In this document: in pieces, positions 13,320 to 23,260 of the stretch
How positions within the stretch are numbered: the stretch's first letter is position 1
Layout of the letters: the number at the start of each line of letters is the position of its first letter
DNA from: a virus
Taxonomy: Duplodnaviria > Heunggongvirae > Uroviricota > Caudoviricetes
Virus record (IMG/VR): IMGVR_UViG_2541047821_000007
DNA length: 41,934 bases
Strand: one strand, 5' to 3'
Notes under the pieces: model-generated
Databases searched by the model: none
What the model saw: only the letters and a program-made list of their open reading frames with translations
Told to the model about the DNA's origin: nothing
Translations under genes and position numbers: made by a program

Positions 13320-16300
13320 TACCGATATGCTCCACTTAACCGACCACCATCACGGGCCTGCTGTTGCATAAAGTCCGCTGCCGCTTTTTTCCCGAGGTCA
13401 TAAACCGCCTTCAGGGCAGCCGGACCTATCTGCCCGTTCGTGCCATCGTTATTGATCTCGATGTTGTACTGCGGGGAAAACATCGCCATACCTGAACCCC
13501 CAATATCCGCCACAACCCCCAGCTTACCGTCAGCACCACGACGCAATGGCAGAATGGCTTCAGGTCCCGCTTCCCCCATCACACCCGCGCCTTTTGCAAA
13601 AGCAAAAAACGTCGGACGGTTAACCACCGTGCCACTGTAACGACTCAAATCAGCAGACTGATAAATCCCCCCATTGGCATTCAGGGAAAGGCTGCTGAGA
13701 TCAAATCCCAGCACACTGCCAATCCCTTTTATCGATTTCATCATGGTTGCCTGCGCCAGGATTTTCGCCATATCTGACAGCACAGAAGAGGTGAAGGATT
13801 TGAAATTGAGTTTGCCGGTAGTGACAAAAGTTGCCAGGCCATTTCCCATGTTGCTGAAGGCTGACGAGAACACCTGTTCTGCTGTTCCTGCCGTATTATC
13901 TGCATCCACGGTAAAATCCTGAAATGCACGCAGGACTCCGTTTTTCCAGTTACCCTGCACAACTTCAAGCTGTTGCCAGTAACGGCGATTCTCATTCAGT
14001 TGTCGGTTCAGGCTCTCCGTCAGCGCCTGCTCGGCCTTTCTGTAGTCATCCGTGTTATATGTTCCTTTCTGCTCACTATCCCGCCTCAACTGCTCCAGCT
14101 GTTGCTGGTATTTCTGGCGAAGACTCAGTTGTACCTGATATCGCTGCCGCTGCTGATCACCCATACCCACCGTGGCGATATCCAGGTCATGTTGCTGACG
14201 CTGAGCGCGCTCTTCTTCAGCCAGTTGACTGGTCAGCTGAATTGTTTTTTTCTTCAGCTCGTTGAGTGCCGTCTGTTTCTGAAGCTCCTGCTGTTTTACA
14301 TCCAGCAGCGTCAGTGCCTGAATCAGTTCATCTTTACGGGCCAGCACACTCTTTTCATCTGCCGTCAGTTTTTTCCCGTCCAGGTCGCTGATGCGCTGCT
14401 GCAGAGCCAGAAGCTGTTTATGCGCTTCTGTCATCCTTTCCGTGGCAATGCCTGCTGACTGTCTGGCAGCAGCAATCTGTCCTTCCACCTGTGCCTGTTG
14501 CTGACTGTACTGCAGCAATAACCGGGTGGCCTCATCATTACGGGGTTCGCGTGTTTTTTTCTTACCGGATGCCAGGGCTTTCTCGTAACGTTCATTTTCA
14601 CGTTGTATCGCTGCATCCCTGACAGCCTGATCGGCGTACTGCATGGAATTAATACGCGCAATTTCACGCTGATGTCGTGCTGCTTCCGTTTCATTCATCC
14701 GGTTCAGTGCAGCATTTTCAGCATTACGTCGTTTCTGTTGCTCCTGATAATTCCGCTCTGCCTGCTCTTTTGCATCCTGCAAATCCTTCTGGCGTTTTTT
14801 CTCCTGAAGATCGTTAAGACGCTGCTGATCGTATTCAACCTGAGAAGATGATGCCGTCCAGGGGAGTCTTTTCGCCCGCGACACTTTCTCCTGTAAAGCG
14901 GCAATCTGTTCATCCAGCGAGTCTTCACGACCAATATTCATGGCCGCATCCCAGAAACGACTCCACAAATCAGACAGATACTTCAGCGTACTGCCAAGCG
15001 CATTGAGGTTATTATCAATATCCGCAGTACGCCGACCGGTTTCCTCTGCCAGTGCAGACATGGCTATCCGTGCAGCATCACTGGACCGTCCCTGATCCCC
15101 AAGGACACGTATCTGCTCAAGCTGAGTGGCAGTAAGAAAATGCAGCTCATTGTCCAGAGCCTTCGCGGCATTTACAGGATCATCCTTCAGCCGCTTAAAC
15201 TGATTTATGGTATCGCTGACCGACTGGCCAACCGATCGCTCCATCTGTGCGGCAGCTCTCGCCACCATACCGATATCGTTTCCACGAAATGCACCACTCC
15301 CCACCACCTGAGCCAGCGCACCGGCTGCAGCATGTTGCGTGATACCATTCCCGGAAATAGCACGACTGAGCGTCCACAGCTGCCCGGCAGTGACTCCGGC
15401 ATAATGCCCCGTCAGCGACAACTGGCGGTTAAATTCTTCCCCCTCCTTCTGACCGTCATACCAGGCTTTACCCAGACCATAGACGGACGCGGCAATACCG
15501 CCAATAACCCCGCCAAGCATCATGCCTTTCGGTGACATCAGAGTGTCTATCCATCCGGCACGGTTAGCCAGCGTTATCCCGGATCCCCTCAGCGCCCCTA
15601 AATTGCCGCGGGCCAGTTCACCTATCAGAACGCCAATCTCCTGGCGGGCCGCTGCACTTTTCAGACCCAGCGAATGCGTGGCTTTTCCTGCCTGCTCCAT
15701 TTTGCGGATATACACTTCTGCAGCACTGCTTACCCCCAGCTGGGCAGCCTTAGCACGAAGCAACTCAGAAGAAGAAAGATTCTGGCGGGTTGCCTGCTCT
15801 TTAAGCTGACGGATAAACGCCACTTTCTGTCGGGTAGCCTCTTCCTCAGCCTGCGTAAGAACACGGGTTTTCGCCGTAACCTCAGAAATCAGCGCCAGAT
15901 AATCCTGCTGACCAATCCCGCCACTGTTTCTGGCCTGTCGGATCTGCTGCTGAATACGCTGTAATTCCTGCAGCCCCGCACTGGCCTGTTTCACACTGTC
16001 AATCTGACGATAAAACGCGGCAGCCGCTTTATCCTGAGCCTCCGCCAGAGCCATGGCCTGCGCCTGTTCCTCGCGCATTTTCTGGCTCAGTGCCTCCATA
16101 CGCTGGCGGGTTTGCTCCACCTCGCGGGCCATGCGTTCATGAGCCTGTGCGCTCTTCTCCACCGTCTGCGCATGGACGGATGCGGCTGTTGCAGCCGAAG
16201 AAGCCGCCTGCATTGTCTGCCGGGCGGCCTGAGTCTGACGCTCCATAAAACGCTGCATACGGGCAGAAGACCGTTCTGCATCGCTGGCTGCACCATTCAG

Positions 16301-16384
16301 AAGGTTTTTGATACGGGGAATTTCATTTTTAAACTCTGCCGCATCAATCCCCAAATCAATGACCAGGTTGGCTATCTGGTCCAT
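13319..16384 (-). CDS. H: tail tape measure protein H
   Basis: Over 1000 aa, coiled-coil rich, C-terminal NNDGTNGQIGPAALKAVYD motif shared with lambda H; start ambiguous (track first start 16414, internal ATG 16384). Confidence 0.85.
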   Translation of the reverse strand: MDQIANLVIDLGIDAAEFKNEIPRIKNLLNGAASDAERSSARMQRFMERQTQAARQTMQAASSAATAASVHAQTVEKSAQAHERMAREVEQTRQRMEALSQKMREEQAQAMALAEAQDKAAAAFYRQIDSVKQASAGLQELQRIQQQIRQARNSGGIGQQDYLALISEVTAKTRVLTQAEEEATRQKVAFIRQLKEQATRQNLSSSELLRAKAAQLGVSSAAEVYIRKMEQAGKATHSLGLKSAAARQEIGVLIGELARGNLGALRGSGITLANRAGWIDTLMSPKGMMLGGVIGGIAASVYGLGKAWYDGQKEGEEFNRQLSLTGHYAGVTAGQLWTLSRAISGNGITQHAAAGALAQVVGSGAFRGNDIGMVARAAAQMERSVGQSVSDTINQFKRLKDDPVNAAKALDNELHFLTATQLEQIRVLGDQGRSSDAARIAMSALAEETGRRTADIDNNLNALGSTLKYLSDLWSRFWDAAMNIGREDSLDEQIAALQEKVSRAKRLPWTASSSQVEYDQQRLNDLQEKKRQKDLQDAKEQAERNYQEQQKRRNAENAALNRMNETEAARHQREIARINSMQYADQAVRDAAIQRENERYEKALASGKKKTREPRNDEATRLLLQYSQQQAQVEGQIAAARQSAGIATERMTEAHKQLLALQQRISDLDGKKLTADEKSVLARKDELIQALTLLDVKQQELQKQTALNELKKKTIQLTSQLAEEERAQRQQHDLDIATVGMGDQQRQRYQVQLSLRQKYQQQLEQLRRDSEQKGTYNTDDYRKAEQALTESLNRQLNENRRYWQQLEVVQGNWKNGVLRAFQDFTVDADNTAGTAEQVFSSAFSNMGNGLATFVTTGKLNFKSFTSSVLSDMAKILAQATMMKSIKGIGSVLGFDLSSLSLNANGGIYQSADLSRYSGTVVNRPTFFAFAKGAGVMGEAGPEAILPLRRGADGKLGVVADIGGSGMAMFSPQYNIEINNDGTNGQIGPAALKAVYDLGKKAAADFMQQQARDGGRLSGAYR

Positions 16385-16706
16385 AACGCACACCTCCGGA
16401 AATACCTTCCCCAAGATGCATCAGTTCTTCGTCCGTTCGCTCCGGTATCCCGTTCTCTTCCGGTAAAAGGCTGAAATCAGCCACCGCAGCATCACTGCTA
16501 CCGGACACCATTCTCACGATCAATGCCTTCAGCGAGGCAAACTGCGCATCCATCCACACATCACTGAAGCTCTGCATCCGGAAATAATCGCCCCACTCAC
16601 CAAGCTCAGTGGCCGACATTTCCGACAGCATCCGCCGCCAGTCTGCCCGCCGGAACTCCCGGGCAAGCCGCATGACAAACTGCATTTCCCGCGTCAGGAC
16701 TTTTCC
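16356..16706 (-). CDS. T: T portion of the G-T tail assembly chaperone, reached by -1 frameshift from G
   Basis: -1 frame stays open from 16718 through a ~22-nt overlap with the G 3' end (16697..16718); position between G and H as in lambda. Confidence 0.7.
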   Translation of the reverse strand, partial: GKVLTREMQFVMRLAREFRRADWRRMLSEMSATELGEWGDYFRMQSFSDVWMDAQFASLKALIVRMVSGSSDAAVADFSLLPEENGIPERTDEELMHLGEGISGGVRYGPDSQPGH

Positions 16707-17083
16707 GGCGTCAGCACCTCATGCTCCAAATCCCCGGCATTCTCAATGACTCCCATACCGCTCAGCGACAGAACCATCTCCGCCCCCGCTCCCAGGGCAT
16801 CATACGACCATGTTGTAATAACGGATGCGCAAAGCGTCTCAACATCCTGAGACTGTTCCGCATTCCACAGTGAGCGGGAAACCAGCCAGGCATTGATATC
16901 CATCCCCATCCGCAGAAAAGCAATCTGTCGTTCAGCCTCCGGCAGTTCTCCCTCTTCGGCATCAAACTTTGCCGTTCGCTGCTGAACAAACGCCAGATAT
17001 TCAATTCTCTGCAGCCCGGACAGCTCACTGAGCACCACGGACTGCTTTTCATAATTAAACGTGCCCTGTTTCAGAAACATCAT
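16694..17083 (-). CDS. G: tail assembly chaperone G
   Basis: MMFLKQGTFNYEKQSVVLSELSGLQRIEYLAF resembles lambda G N-terminus; GGTGGAG SD before the ATG pair at 17083/17080. Confidence 0.8.
   Translation of the reverse strand: MMFLKQGTFNYEKQSVVLSELSGLQRIEYLAFVQQRTAKFDAEEGELPEAERQIAFLRMGMDINAWLVSRSLWNAEQSQDVETLCASVITTWSYDALGAGAEMVLSLSGMGVIENAGDLEHEVLTPEKS
16700..16707 (-). promoter_or_regulatory. candidate -1 programmed frameshift site for G-T
   Basis: mRNA CCG GAA AAG UCC UGA; an A_AAG lysine slip 2 codons before the G stop enters the T frame. Confidence 0.5.
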
Positions 17084-17096
17084 GTTCTCCACCTGC

Positions 17097-17120
17097 AAAA
17101 AAGCCCCGGATAACCGGGGC
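17097..17120 (-). terminator. terminator-like hairpin in the V-G intergenic region
   Basis: Minus-strand GCCCCGG-TTAT-CCGGGGC followed by TTTTTT, directly before the G RBS. Confidence 0.55.
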
Positions 17121-17140
17121 AAATGATGAGTATCGTCCTG

Positions 17141-17890
17141 TTAACCTGCGGCGCTGACAGCCACCGCAGCCACTGCCACAAAATCGCCGTCAGAAGTCAT
17201 GCCCACAATGCTGACACTGCCCTGCTTCACGCCTTTCACCGTGGCCACAAGCCCGTTCAGGGTCACCGTGGCAGTCTGTGGATCTGTCGAATGCACACTG
17301 ATCGCTTTGTCACTGGCTCCGTCAGGTTTTACTGTAAAGGTCAGCGTGGTGGTTGCTCCCACTTTTACACTGGCAGATGCCGGTGCCACCGTCAGCCCGG
17401 TAACGCTCACTGTTTCAGTGCCTTCCTCTGCCAGATACGGACGCCCCACACCGCTGATTTTCACTGTGCGGGTCATCACGTCTTTTGAGGCAATGGTTTT
17501 ACCCAGTGAGCTCAGCCAGCCACGGAAAACATCAACAGTGCCGTTGGGATATTTGATACGAAACGCGCAGACTTCACCGGAGTCGAACAACTGAACCAGT
17601 TTTTTCTGCCCGCTGTCACCCGGACGCCAGGCCAGCGTCGCCGAAGTATCACCGACGGATTTCTGCCCCTGGGTTGTCGTTTTCCAGTCTGCATCTTCAT
17701 CATCGAGATAAGTGTCATCTTCTGCATCAGCGGTCATTTCGCCAGGTTGCAGATCCTTCACCATCGCAAGACGCAGCCAGTCAGTGTCCGATAAAGGGTT
17801 CGCAAACGCATCGCCCTTGCCGGTGTACATCCAGAACGTCGTTCCCGCACCTTTCGTTTTTGCCAGTGGATTTGGTGTGGTCATTGCCAC
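17141..17890 (-). CDS. V: major tail protein V with C-terminal Ig-like domain
   Basis: 249 aa; KGAGTTFWMYTGKGDAFANPLSD and YLDDEDADW match the lambda V pattern. Confidence 0.9.
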   Translation of the reverse strand: MAMTTPNPLAKTKGAGTTFWMYTGKGDAFANPLSDTDWLRLAMVKDLQPGEMTADAEDDTYLDDEDADWKTTTQGQKSVGDTSATLAWRPGDSGQKKLVQLFDSGEVCAFRIKYPNGTVDVFRGWLSSLGKTIASKDVMTRTVKISGVGRPYLAEEGTETVSVTGLTVAPASASVKVGATTTLTFTVKPDGASDKAISVHSTDPQTATVTLNGLVATVKGVKQGSVSIVGMTSDGDFVAVAAVAVSAAG

Positions 17891-17895
17891 CTCCT

Positions 17896-18297
17896 TTAAT
17901 TCGTGTACGTGATCTGGTACGTGATTTCCGCCATCGCCCAGGTGGCCATCTCATTATCACGTTGATAGTTAAAACCGAGAGGGATCAGGGTGTCGATGAG
18001 TCCGGAAAGTGCCGGTATATCATTCAGGGCCGGGAAAATGGTGCTCTCCATCCACATATCCAGCTCTGAATCCGGTGCCTGTGCCCGGATGAAGACAGCA
18101 ATATGCAGAACAGCCTGCCAGTCATCTTCATCCGTCATTTTTCCGGTGTACTGAGCATCACTCAGCCACACCGCCACGGCAGGCAGTTCCTGCGCATCAA
18201 TAAATGCCGGAAGCCCGTCAAAAAACGTGGCGCTGTCTCCACACTGTTCCCGAAGGCGTGCCAGTACGGCCTGGCGGATTTGTGTATGTCGGTTCAT
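17896..18297 (-). CDS. U: tail terminator protein U
   Basis: ATGA start/stop overlap with Z; ATFFDG and PDSELDMWMES motifs as in lambda U. Confidence 0.85.
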   Translation of the reverse strand: MNRHTQIRQAVLARLREQCGDSATFFDGLPAFIDAQELPAVAVWLSDAQYTGKMTDEDDWQAVLHIAVFIRAQAPDSELDMWMESTIFPALNDIPALSGLIDTLIPLGFNYQRDNEMATWAMAEITYQITYTN

Positions 18298-18872
18298 CGG
18301 GTCAGCCATAACCTCAGTTGTTGTTTCAGTGCATACCCCAGCTGTTTCGGCATTTCCGCAGCAATAATGCGGTCGCGGGCATCTTCAAATGCCTGTGTCA
18401 GCGGTCCGGACAGCGGGACTTTCACCACATCAATGGGGTAACGATTTTTGCCATCAATACGCCGCATCACATGCCAGCGACCATTCGCCAGTTGCTGAAT
18501 AAACGCATCCCGGAAAAGATATTTACCCACCTTCAGCACACTGCCACGGTACTGCAGTTTTCCACCACGCCGGGCCAGTCTGACCCGGGCTGTCCCCAGC
18601 TTAATAGCGGGCAGATTGCCCCGGTTAACGCGGATCCTGGCCGTCATTTTTCCTGACGGACTGGCTTTAAACACCCGGACACGCTGACGTACCAGTTTCA
18701 GGGGGATCCCTTTCACCTGGTTATCTCCCGCAACGGTATTCCCGGCAACCTGCCGGGTGGCGACCGAGACCGCTTTCTGTGCCACACGGTTTATCGCCCA
18801 TGCGCTGGCCTGTGGCACCATACGGGTATCAAGGCTGTTCAGATTACGGATGGCATTCTCAAGCCCCTTCAT
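18294..18872 (-). CDS. Z: tail completion protein Z
   Basis: 192 aa, lambda Z length; GRWHVMRRIDGKNRYPIDVVK motif. Confidence 0.85.
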   Translation of the reverse strand: MKGLENAIRNLNSLDTRMVPQASAWAINRVAQKAVSVATRQVAGNTVAGDNQVKGIPLKLVRQRVRVFKASPSGKMTARIRVNRGNLPAIKLGTARVRLARRGGKLQYRGSVLKVGKYLFRDAFIQQLANGRWHVMRRIDGKNRYPIDVVKVPLSGPLTQAFEDARDRIIAAEMPKQLGYALKQQLRLWLTR

Positions 18873-18883
18873 CCCACACCTCT

Positions 18884-19159
18884 TTACTCAATAAAGATCA
18901 TTGGCTTACCGTTAAAACGTTCATGCCGTGTGACCGTCCATTGTTGTCCGTCATAAACAACGCGATCCCCGCGCCGTGGGCGGTATCCCGAAGAAAACAC
19001 CACCAGAGAGACCGCAGGTCCGGACAGAGCATTCAGCTCTGCCAGTGTTTCTCCCGGGATCACAGTCATATCGACATCATTAATCGAGGCTGTCTTTCCC
19101 ATCTTTCTGACCGTGATAGCATCCATACGCGCTGCCAGCCGGGAAAAGGGATCAGACAT
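18884..19159 (-). CDS. head-tail joining protein, FII-like
   Basis: 91 aa at the FII position between FI-like and Z. Confidence 0.6.
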   Translation of the reverse strand: MSDPFSRLAARMDAITVRKMGKTASINDVDMTVIPGETLAELNALSGPAVSLVVFSSGYRPRRGDRVVYDGQQWTVTRHERFNGKPMIFIE

Positions 19160-19475
19160 TGAGTTTTACCGGCACTTCTTCTGCACTGGTTCCGGCATCT
19201 GCCCAGACAACCCCGACCAGCGGATCAGAGCCGCTGTTAGTCAGCTGAACTTTTCCGGACTTCAGATAAACCTTCTTACCCGTTTTCATGTCATCCGTTT
19301 TCAGCTTAGGCAGCATAAACACACCTTCGGTCATGCCGTCGCCTGTTTCACCCTGTGGAATATCGGTCAGCGCCACCGCAAAAACATCGCCCACCTGCAC
19401 CAGATCTCCGCTGCTGATGGCTGCACTGGCAACAATCGCCACCGTTTTTCCTTCTTCTACAAAATTCTTTGCCAT
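19152..19475 (-). CDS. small head protein at the FI position (decoration or packaging accessory)
   Basis: Internal ATG 19475 with GGAG 6 nt upstream; follows the capsid gene. Confidence 0.5.
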   Translation of the reverse strand: MAKNFVEEGKTVAIVASAAISSGDLVQVGDVFAVALTDIPQGETGDGMTEGVFMLPKLKTDDMKTGKKVYLKSGKVQLTNSGSDPLVGVVWADAGTSAEEVPVKLNV

Positions 19476-19561
19476 AACTGTCTCCGCACAGCCCCGTTCA
19501 GGGGCTGATTTCAGGTACAAAAAAAGCCCTTACGGGCCATCAGAGTTGTTGTCTGCGACGT

Positions 19562-21520
19562 TTACGCCGTACATTTCACCAGACCGCGGTGATCAACTGG
19601 CGCGACACCGGCGTCAATACGCACTTTCGTTGTCACGCCATCCACACTGAAGCCCTCCATCTGATCAATATATGGCGTATCCACACCGTTGAGATAAGCC
19701 ACTTCAATCGTATCGGAGCCTTTTGACGCAGCCAGGTAGAAGGTGGTCTGGCTGTTATCATCAAGACGAGGCTCTGCAATAACGGTCGCAAAATCTTTCA
19801 CCGGGTTAATAATACCGGCGTTAATGTCAGCCCCCTTGACACTTGAGGAGCGAATGACCTGGTTAGCAACAGACTCCATCGCCGTCGGTACCAGTACGAA
19901 CGCAGGACGAATATTCAGATGACGCTCCCCCTCTTTCTGAACGCGCATCAACTGGCGGGCTTTATCCAGCGATGCCACGTCCATTGCAGCGCTCTCCAGT
20001 ACGTTTGCATGTTTCGCTTTATCGAACAGACTTACATTATCTGTGGAGATTTTCGGGTTAGACGTCAGAATGGCATAAACCAGATCGGCAATAGTGGATT
20101 TCGCCGCACGGCCCAGTTTCATCGGGACATCGGTCAGCATATTCAGATCATCATTGATAATGGCCTGACGGGTGATACTGAACAGCTCGCCATAGGTCGC
20201 CAGTGCAATAGTGGCCTGTTTATCTCCGGTGGTGACGTATTTATATTCCGCCCCTTCACGCACCTGACGTAGAGCACTGAAGCCCCCCATACCCACACGA
20301 TGGGCAATTTTAAAATCAGACAACTGACCTTTCCGCGTCCACTGTTCATAGGTTTCAGGGGCATCTTCCCAGCCCTGCAGAATGGCTTTGTTCGCAACAT
20401 CCAGCAGAATATTACCGAAGTCAGACGTACTGTGTGTGAACGCCGCACCGACCATCTGCATCGGGTTATAACCGGAAACCCCAATACCCCGTTCAGTTAG
20501 TGACATACGGGCATATTCACGCAGGGTCATCCCGTTGTAGACATTATCACGTTCGGTTTTTTCAAATCCGGCACGCGCCATCAGCGCCTGGCGAATCCCG
20601 TCCCCCACAAAATTACCGTTACCGGCATAAATATGAGCCGGGGTATTTTTATTGGATGGCGTGGACTCGCGCCCCATCTCGTTCAACAGCTTTTCACGGG
20701 CCTGCTCCAGCGAACATTCAGGATCGGCAAGACACTGGGCCTGCAGCGTCTGATAACGCCCGCCAAACATGGCAAACAGATCATTAATACCGTTTACACG
20801 CGCTTTTTGCTCTGCCAGTACCTGCGCACGGATACTGTTTTCATCCACCACGGGTGCTGCTGCCTGCACTGGCGTCCGGGAGGCTGCAGGTTCATCATCC
20901 TGTACGCGTGGAGCACTGTTGCGTGGCGGAGTAATCATGTTTCGAATGGATTCCGGCATCTTTTTAAATTCCTCTGTACGTTTTGACTGAATACATGCCA
21001 TTGCCTTAACGGCTGGTGTCACCTGATCAGCAAATCCCTGTGCCAGACATTCGGCACCGGACATCCAGGTCTCATCCGCCAGCATGGCAGCAATTTCATC
21101 GGTGGTTTTCCCGGTTTTCTGTGCATAAGCGGGTAACAGAACCGCCTCAACTTTATCGAGCAGGTCGGCATAGGTGCGCATGTCCTCCGCATCACCGCCC
21201 GTAAAGCCAAATGGTTTATGAATCATCATGAAGGAGTTTTCCGGCATAATGACCGGGTTTCCCACCATCGCAATGACCGACGCCATTGACGCCGCCACAC
21301 CGTCGACATAAACGGTAATGGACGCACCATGTGTTTTCAGTGCATTAAAAATGGCGATGCCTTCAAAGACATCGCCACCCGGTGAATTAATATGGAGATT
21401 AATGTGGGTGATATCGCCCAGTGCATTCAGATCACTGATAAACTGCTTCGCTGTAACACCCCAGAAACCAATCTCGTCATAAATATAAATATCCGCGTCA
21501 CTCTGGTGACCTGCCTGCAT
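19562..21520 (-). CDS. prohead protease (ClpP-like) / scaffold / major capsid fusion protein
   Basis: Trimmed to ATG 21520 (MQAGHQSDADIYIYDEIGFWG) so it no longer overlaps portal; N-terminal ClpP-type fold motifs, C-terminal ~300 aa capsid-like. Confidence 0.75.
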   Translation of the reverse strand: MQAGHQSDADIYIYDEIGFWGVTAKQFISDLNALGDITHINLHINSPGGDVFEGIAIFNALKTHGASITVYVDGVAASMASVIAMVGNPVIMPENSFMMIHKPFGFTGGDAEDMRTYADLLDKVEAVLLPAYAQKTGKTTDEIAAMLADETWMSGAECLAQGFADQVTPAVKAMACIQSKRTEEFKKMPESIRNMITPPRNSAPRVQDDEPAASRTPVQAAAPVVDENSIRAQVLAEQKARVNGINDLFAMFGGRYQTLQAQCLADPECSLEQAREKLLNEMGRESTPSNKNTPAHIYAGNGNFVGDGIRQALMARAGFEKTERDNVYNGMTLREYARMSLTERGIGVSGYNPMQMVGAAFTHSTSDFGNILLDVANKAILQGWEDAPETYEQWTRKGQLSDFKIAHRVGMGGFSALRQVREGAEYKYVTTGDKQATIALATYGELFSITRQAIINDDLNMLTDVPMKLGRAAKSTIADLVYAILTSNPKISTDNVSLFDKAKHANVLESAAMDVASLDKARQLMRVQKEGERHLNIRPAFVLVPTAMESVANQVIRSSSVKGADINAGIINPVKDFATVIAEPRLDDNSQTTFYLAASKGSDTIEVAYLNGVDTPYIDQMEGFSVDGVTTKVRIDAGVAPVDHRGLVKCTA

Positions 21521-21533
21521 CCTGAACCAGGAA

Positions 21534-23042
21534 TTATTCTTCGGACTGGTCGTCGGTGTGCTGCGGCTCCTGTCGTTTCGTTGCGGCACTGCTGCCTCCT
21601 TTATCACTGGCCGGATCGGTATCAAATACCAGATCCAGCTTGCGGTTTTCATCAATTTCGGCCTTGCGCCGACGTTTGACATCATCCGGATTACGACCAC
21701 CTGCACGTACCCAGTCTGATTCTGTCGCCGCTCCACCACGAATCTGAATTTTCCAGGCCTCAGCCTCCTTAACAGGGTCAATCCACGGCATCACCGGTCC
21801 GGAATACACCGCGGTATACAGTGAAGAACGATCAAGATCGCGGGGTAGCCTGATAACACCGGATGCCACAGCCTGTTTCAGCCAGGCACGATACATCGGG
21901 CGGGTGACGGCACCAATAAACCAGTCCTGCAGGATCAGGTAGCCATCAGTGGATTCAACCAGCTCCTGACGCTGGGCGCTGTAAGTGCCGTTATAGTTGC
22001 GTGCCGTACTGGAAAAACTCAGACGACTGCCCGCCGCCACGGCACGCAACTGACCATTACGAAAAGTTTCAAGGTTAGGATTGGGACGATCCGACTTCAC
22101 CATTCCGATTTCTTCGCCGGGTTTCAGATCGTCGTAAATAATGCCTGGCTGAATGGTAAGCTCGCGTTCATTCTCCTTGCTGCCATTACCATCCGGTTCA
22201 TAGCTCTGCCCGTCGCCTTTCCGGATGTACATCCCCAGAGCAGCGGCGATCCTTGCTGCAGTCAGCTCAGAATCTTCATACTCTTTCAGGGCACTGAGGC
22301 GGATCAGCACACCGGACAACAAAGACGTCCCGCGCATCTGGTGCAGACGGCGAACAAATTTAAGATGCAGCATTCGCTCTGCATCCACTTCTTTGGTTTC
22401 CATCTGCCGCCCGGATACGGGACGGCTTTTATACACCAGATATTTTTCGGGACGCCCCCAGTCATCAACAAACACGCCCTGATTCAGCCTGTTGCTCTCA
22501 TCACTGGTCATGGGAATAAAGTCCGGCTCGAGCGCCTCCAGCCAGAAATGAACACCGGCAGAAGGCGTCAGGCTGTTTATGCGCCCGGAAACCATCTGGG
22601 CAAACACCTCACCATCGCGCAGCCAGGTACGCAGCATCAGACGTTCCAGCATCGGACGGGTAAACTGCCCGGTGACTTCCGGACTGACAGACCATTCACT
22701 CCATCGGGTGCGTATCTCCGCTGCCAGATCACGGGCAATGGCCCCATTGCGTAATACCGGATGTGGCTCGACAATAATCCCGTTTTTCCCCACCACCCGT
22801 TCTTCCAGCTTGTCAAATACACCAATAACCAGATCGTGGTTGTTATCAAGGTAACGGGCCTGCTCACGTAACGACACGGCCCCGTACTGGCTTAACTGGT
22901 CGGCAGTTCGGTTTTCCCGCCGGGCTTTGTGTGTCCGTGTCGTTTTTACGGCCTCATAAGCCTGGATCACCGCACGGGAACGCAGCCTTGCCGCTTTCCA
23001 TCCTGGTGAAAAAACGCCAATCACATCATCAAGAATTGCCAT
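21534..23042 (-). CDS. portal protein
   Basis: Start MAILDD at 23042 overlaps the W-like stop (TGATG); ~500 aa, between W-like gene and protease/capsid. Confidence 0.85.
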   Translation of the reverse strand: MAILDDVIGVFSPGWKAARLRSRAVIQAYEAVKTTRTHKARRENRTADQLSQYGAVSLREQARYLDNNHDLVIGVFDKLEERVVGKNGIIVEPHPVLRNGAIARDLAAEIRTRWSEWSVSPEVTGQFTRPMLERLMLRTWLRDGEVFAQMVSGRINSLTPSAGVHFWLEALEPDFIPMTSDESNRLNQGVFVDDWGRPEKYLVYKSRPVSGRQMETKEVDAERMLHLKFVRRLHQMRGTSLLSGVLIRLSALKEYEDSELTAARIAAALGMYIRKGDGQSYEPDGNGSKENERELTIQPGIIYDDLKPGEEIGMVKSDRPNPNLETFRNGQLRAVAAGSRLSFSSTARNYNGTYSAQRQELVESTDGYLILQDWFIGAVTRPMYRAWLKQAVASGVIRLPRDLDRSSLYTAVYSGPVMPWIDPVKEAEAWKIQIRGGAATESDWVRAGGRNPDDVKRRRKAEIDENRKLDLVFDTDPASDKGGSSAATKRQEPQHTDDQSEE

Positions 23043-23260
23043 CAGAACCTCGCCAGCCGGTACCCGGGATGCCCCCGTCGTCGTGTAATCAGAGCCGCAA
23101 GGCGGCGCTCCCACTCCTGCCGTCCCTGCCGGATCTCAGATAAGTTTTCCATGGTCATCTGCTGACCATTAAAGGTGACGGATTTTCCGTCCAGCACCGC
23201 CATTTCAGCTTCCGTATAACGCTGAATCATGGCTTCGATATCATTCTGGTTCATAACCAT
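23042..23260 (-). CDS. head-tail connector, gpW-like
   Basis: 72 aa between terminase large subunit and portal; C-terminal RRRGHPGY resembles lambda W. Confidence 0.6.
   Translation of the reverse strand: MVMNQNDIEAMIQRYTEAEMAVLDGKSVTFNGQQMTMENLSEIRQGRQEWERRLAALITRRRGHPGYRLARF

Noticed and set aside
21521-21781. N-terminal 87 codons of the track ORF for the protease/capsid gene
   Set aside because: They overlap the portal gene's 3' end; the ATG at 21520 begins the conserved protease N-terminus and sits just after the portal stop.
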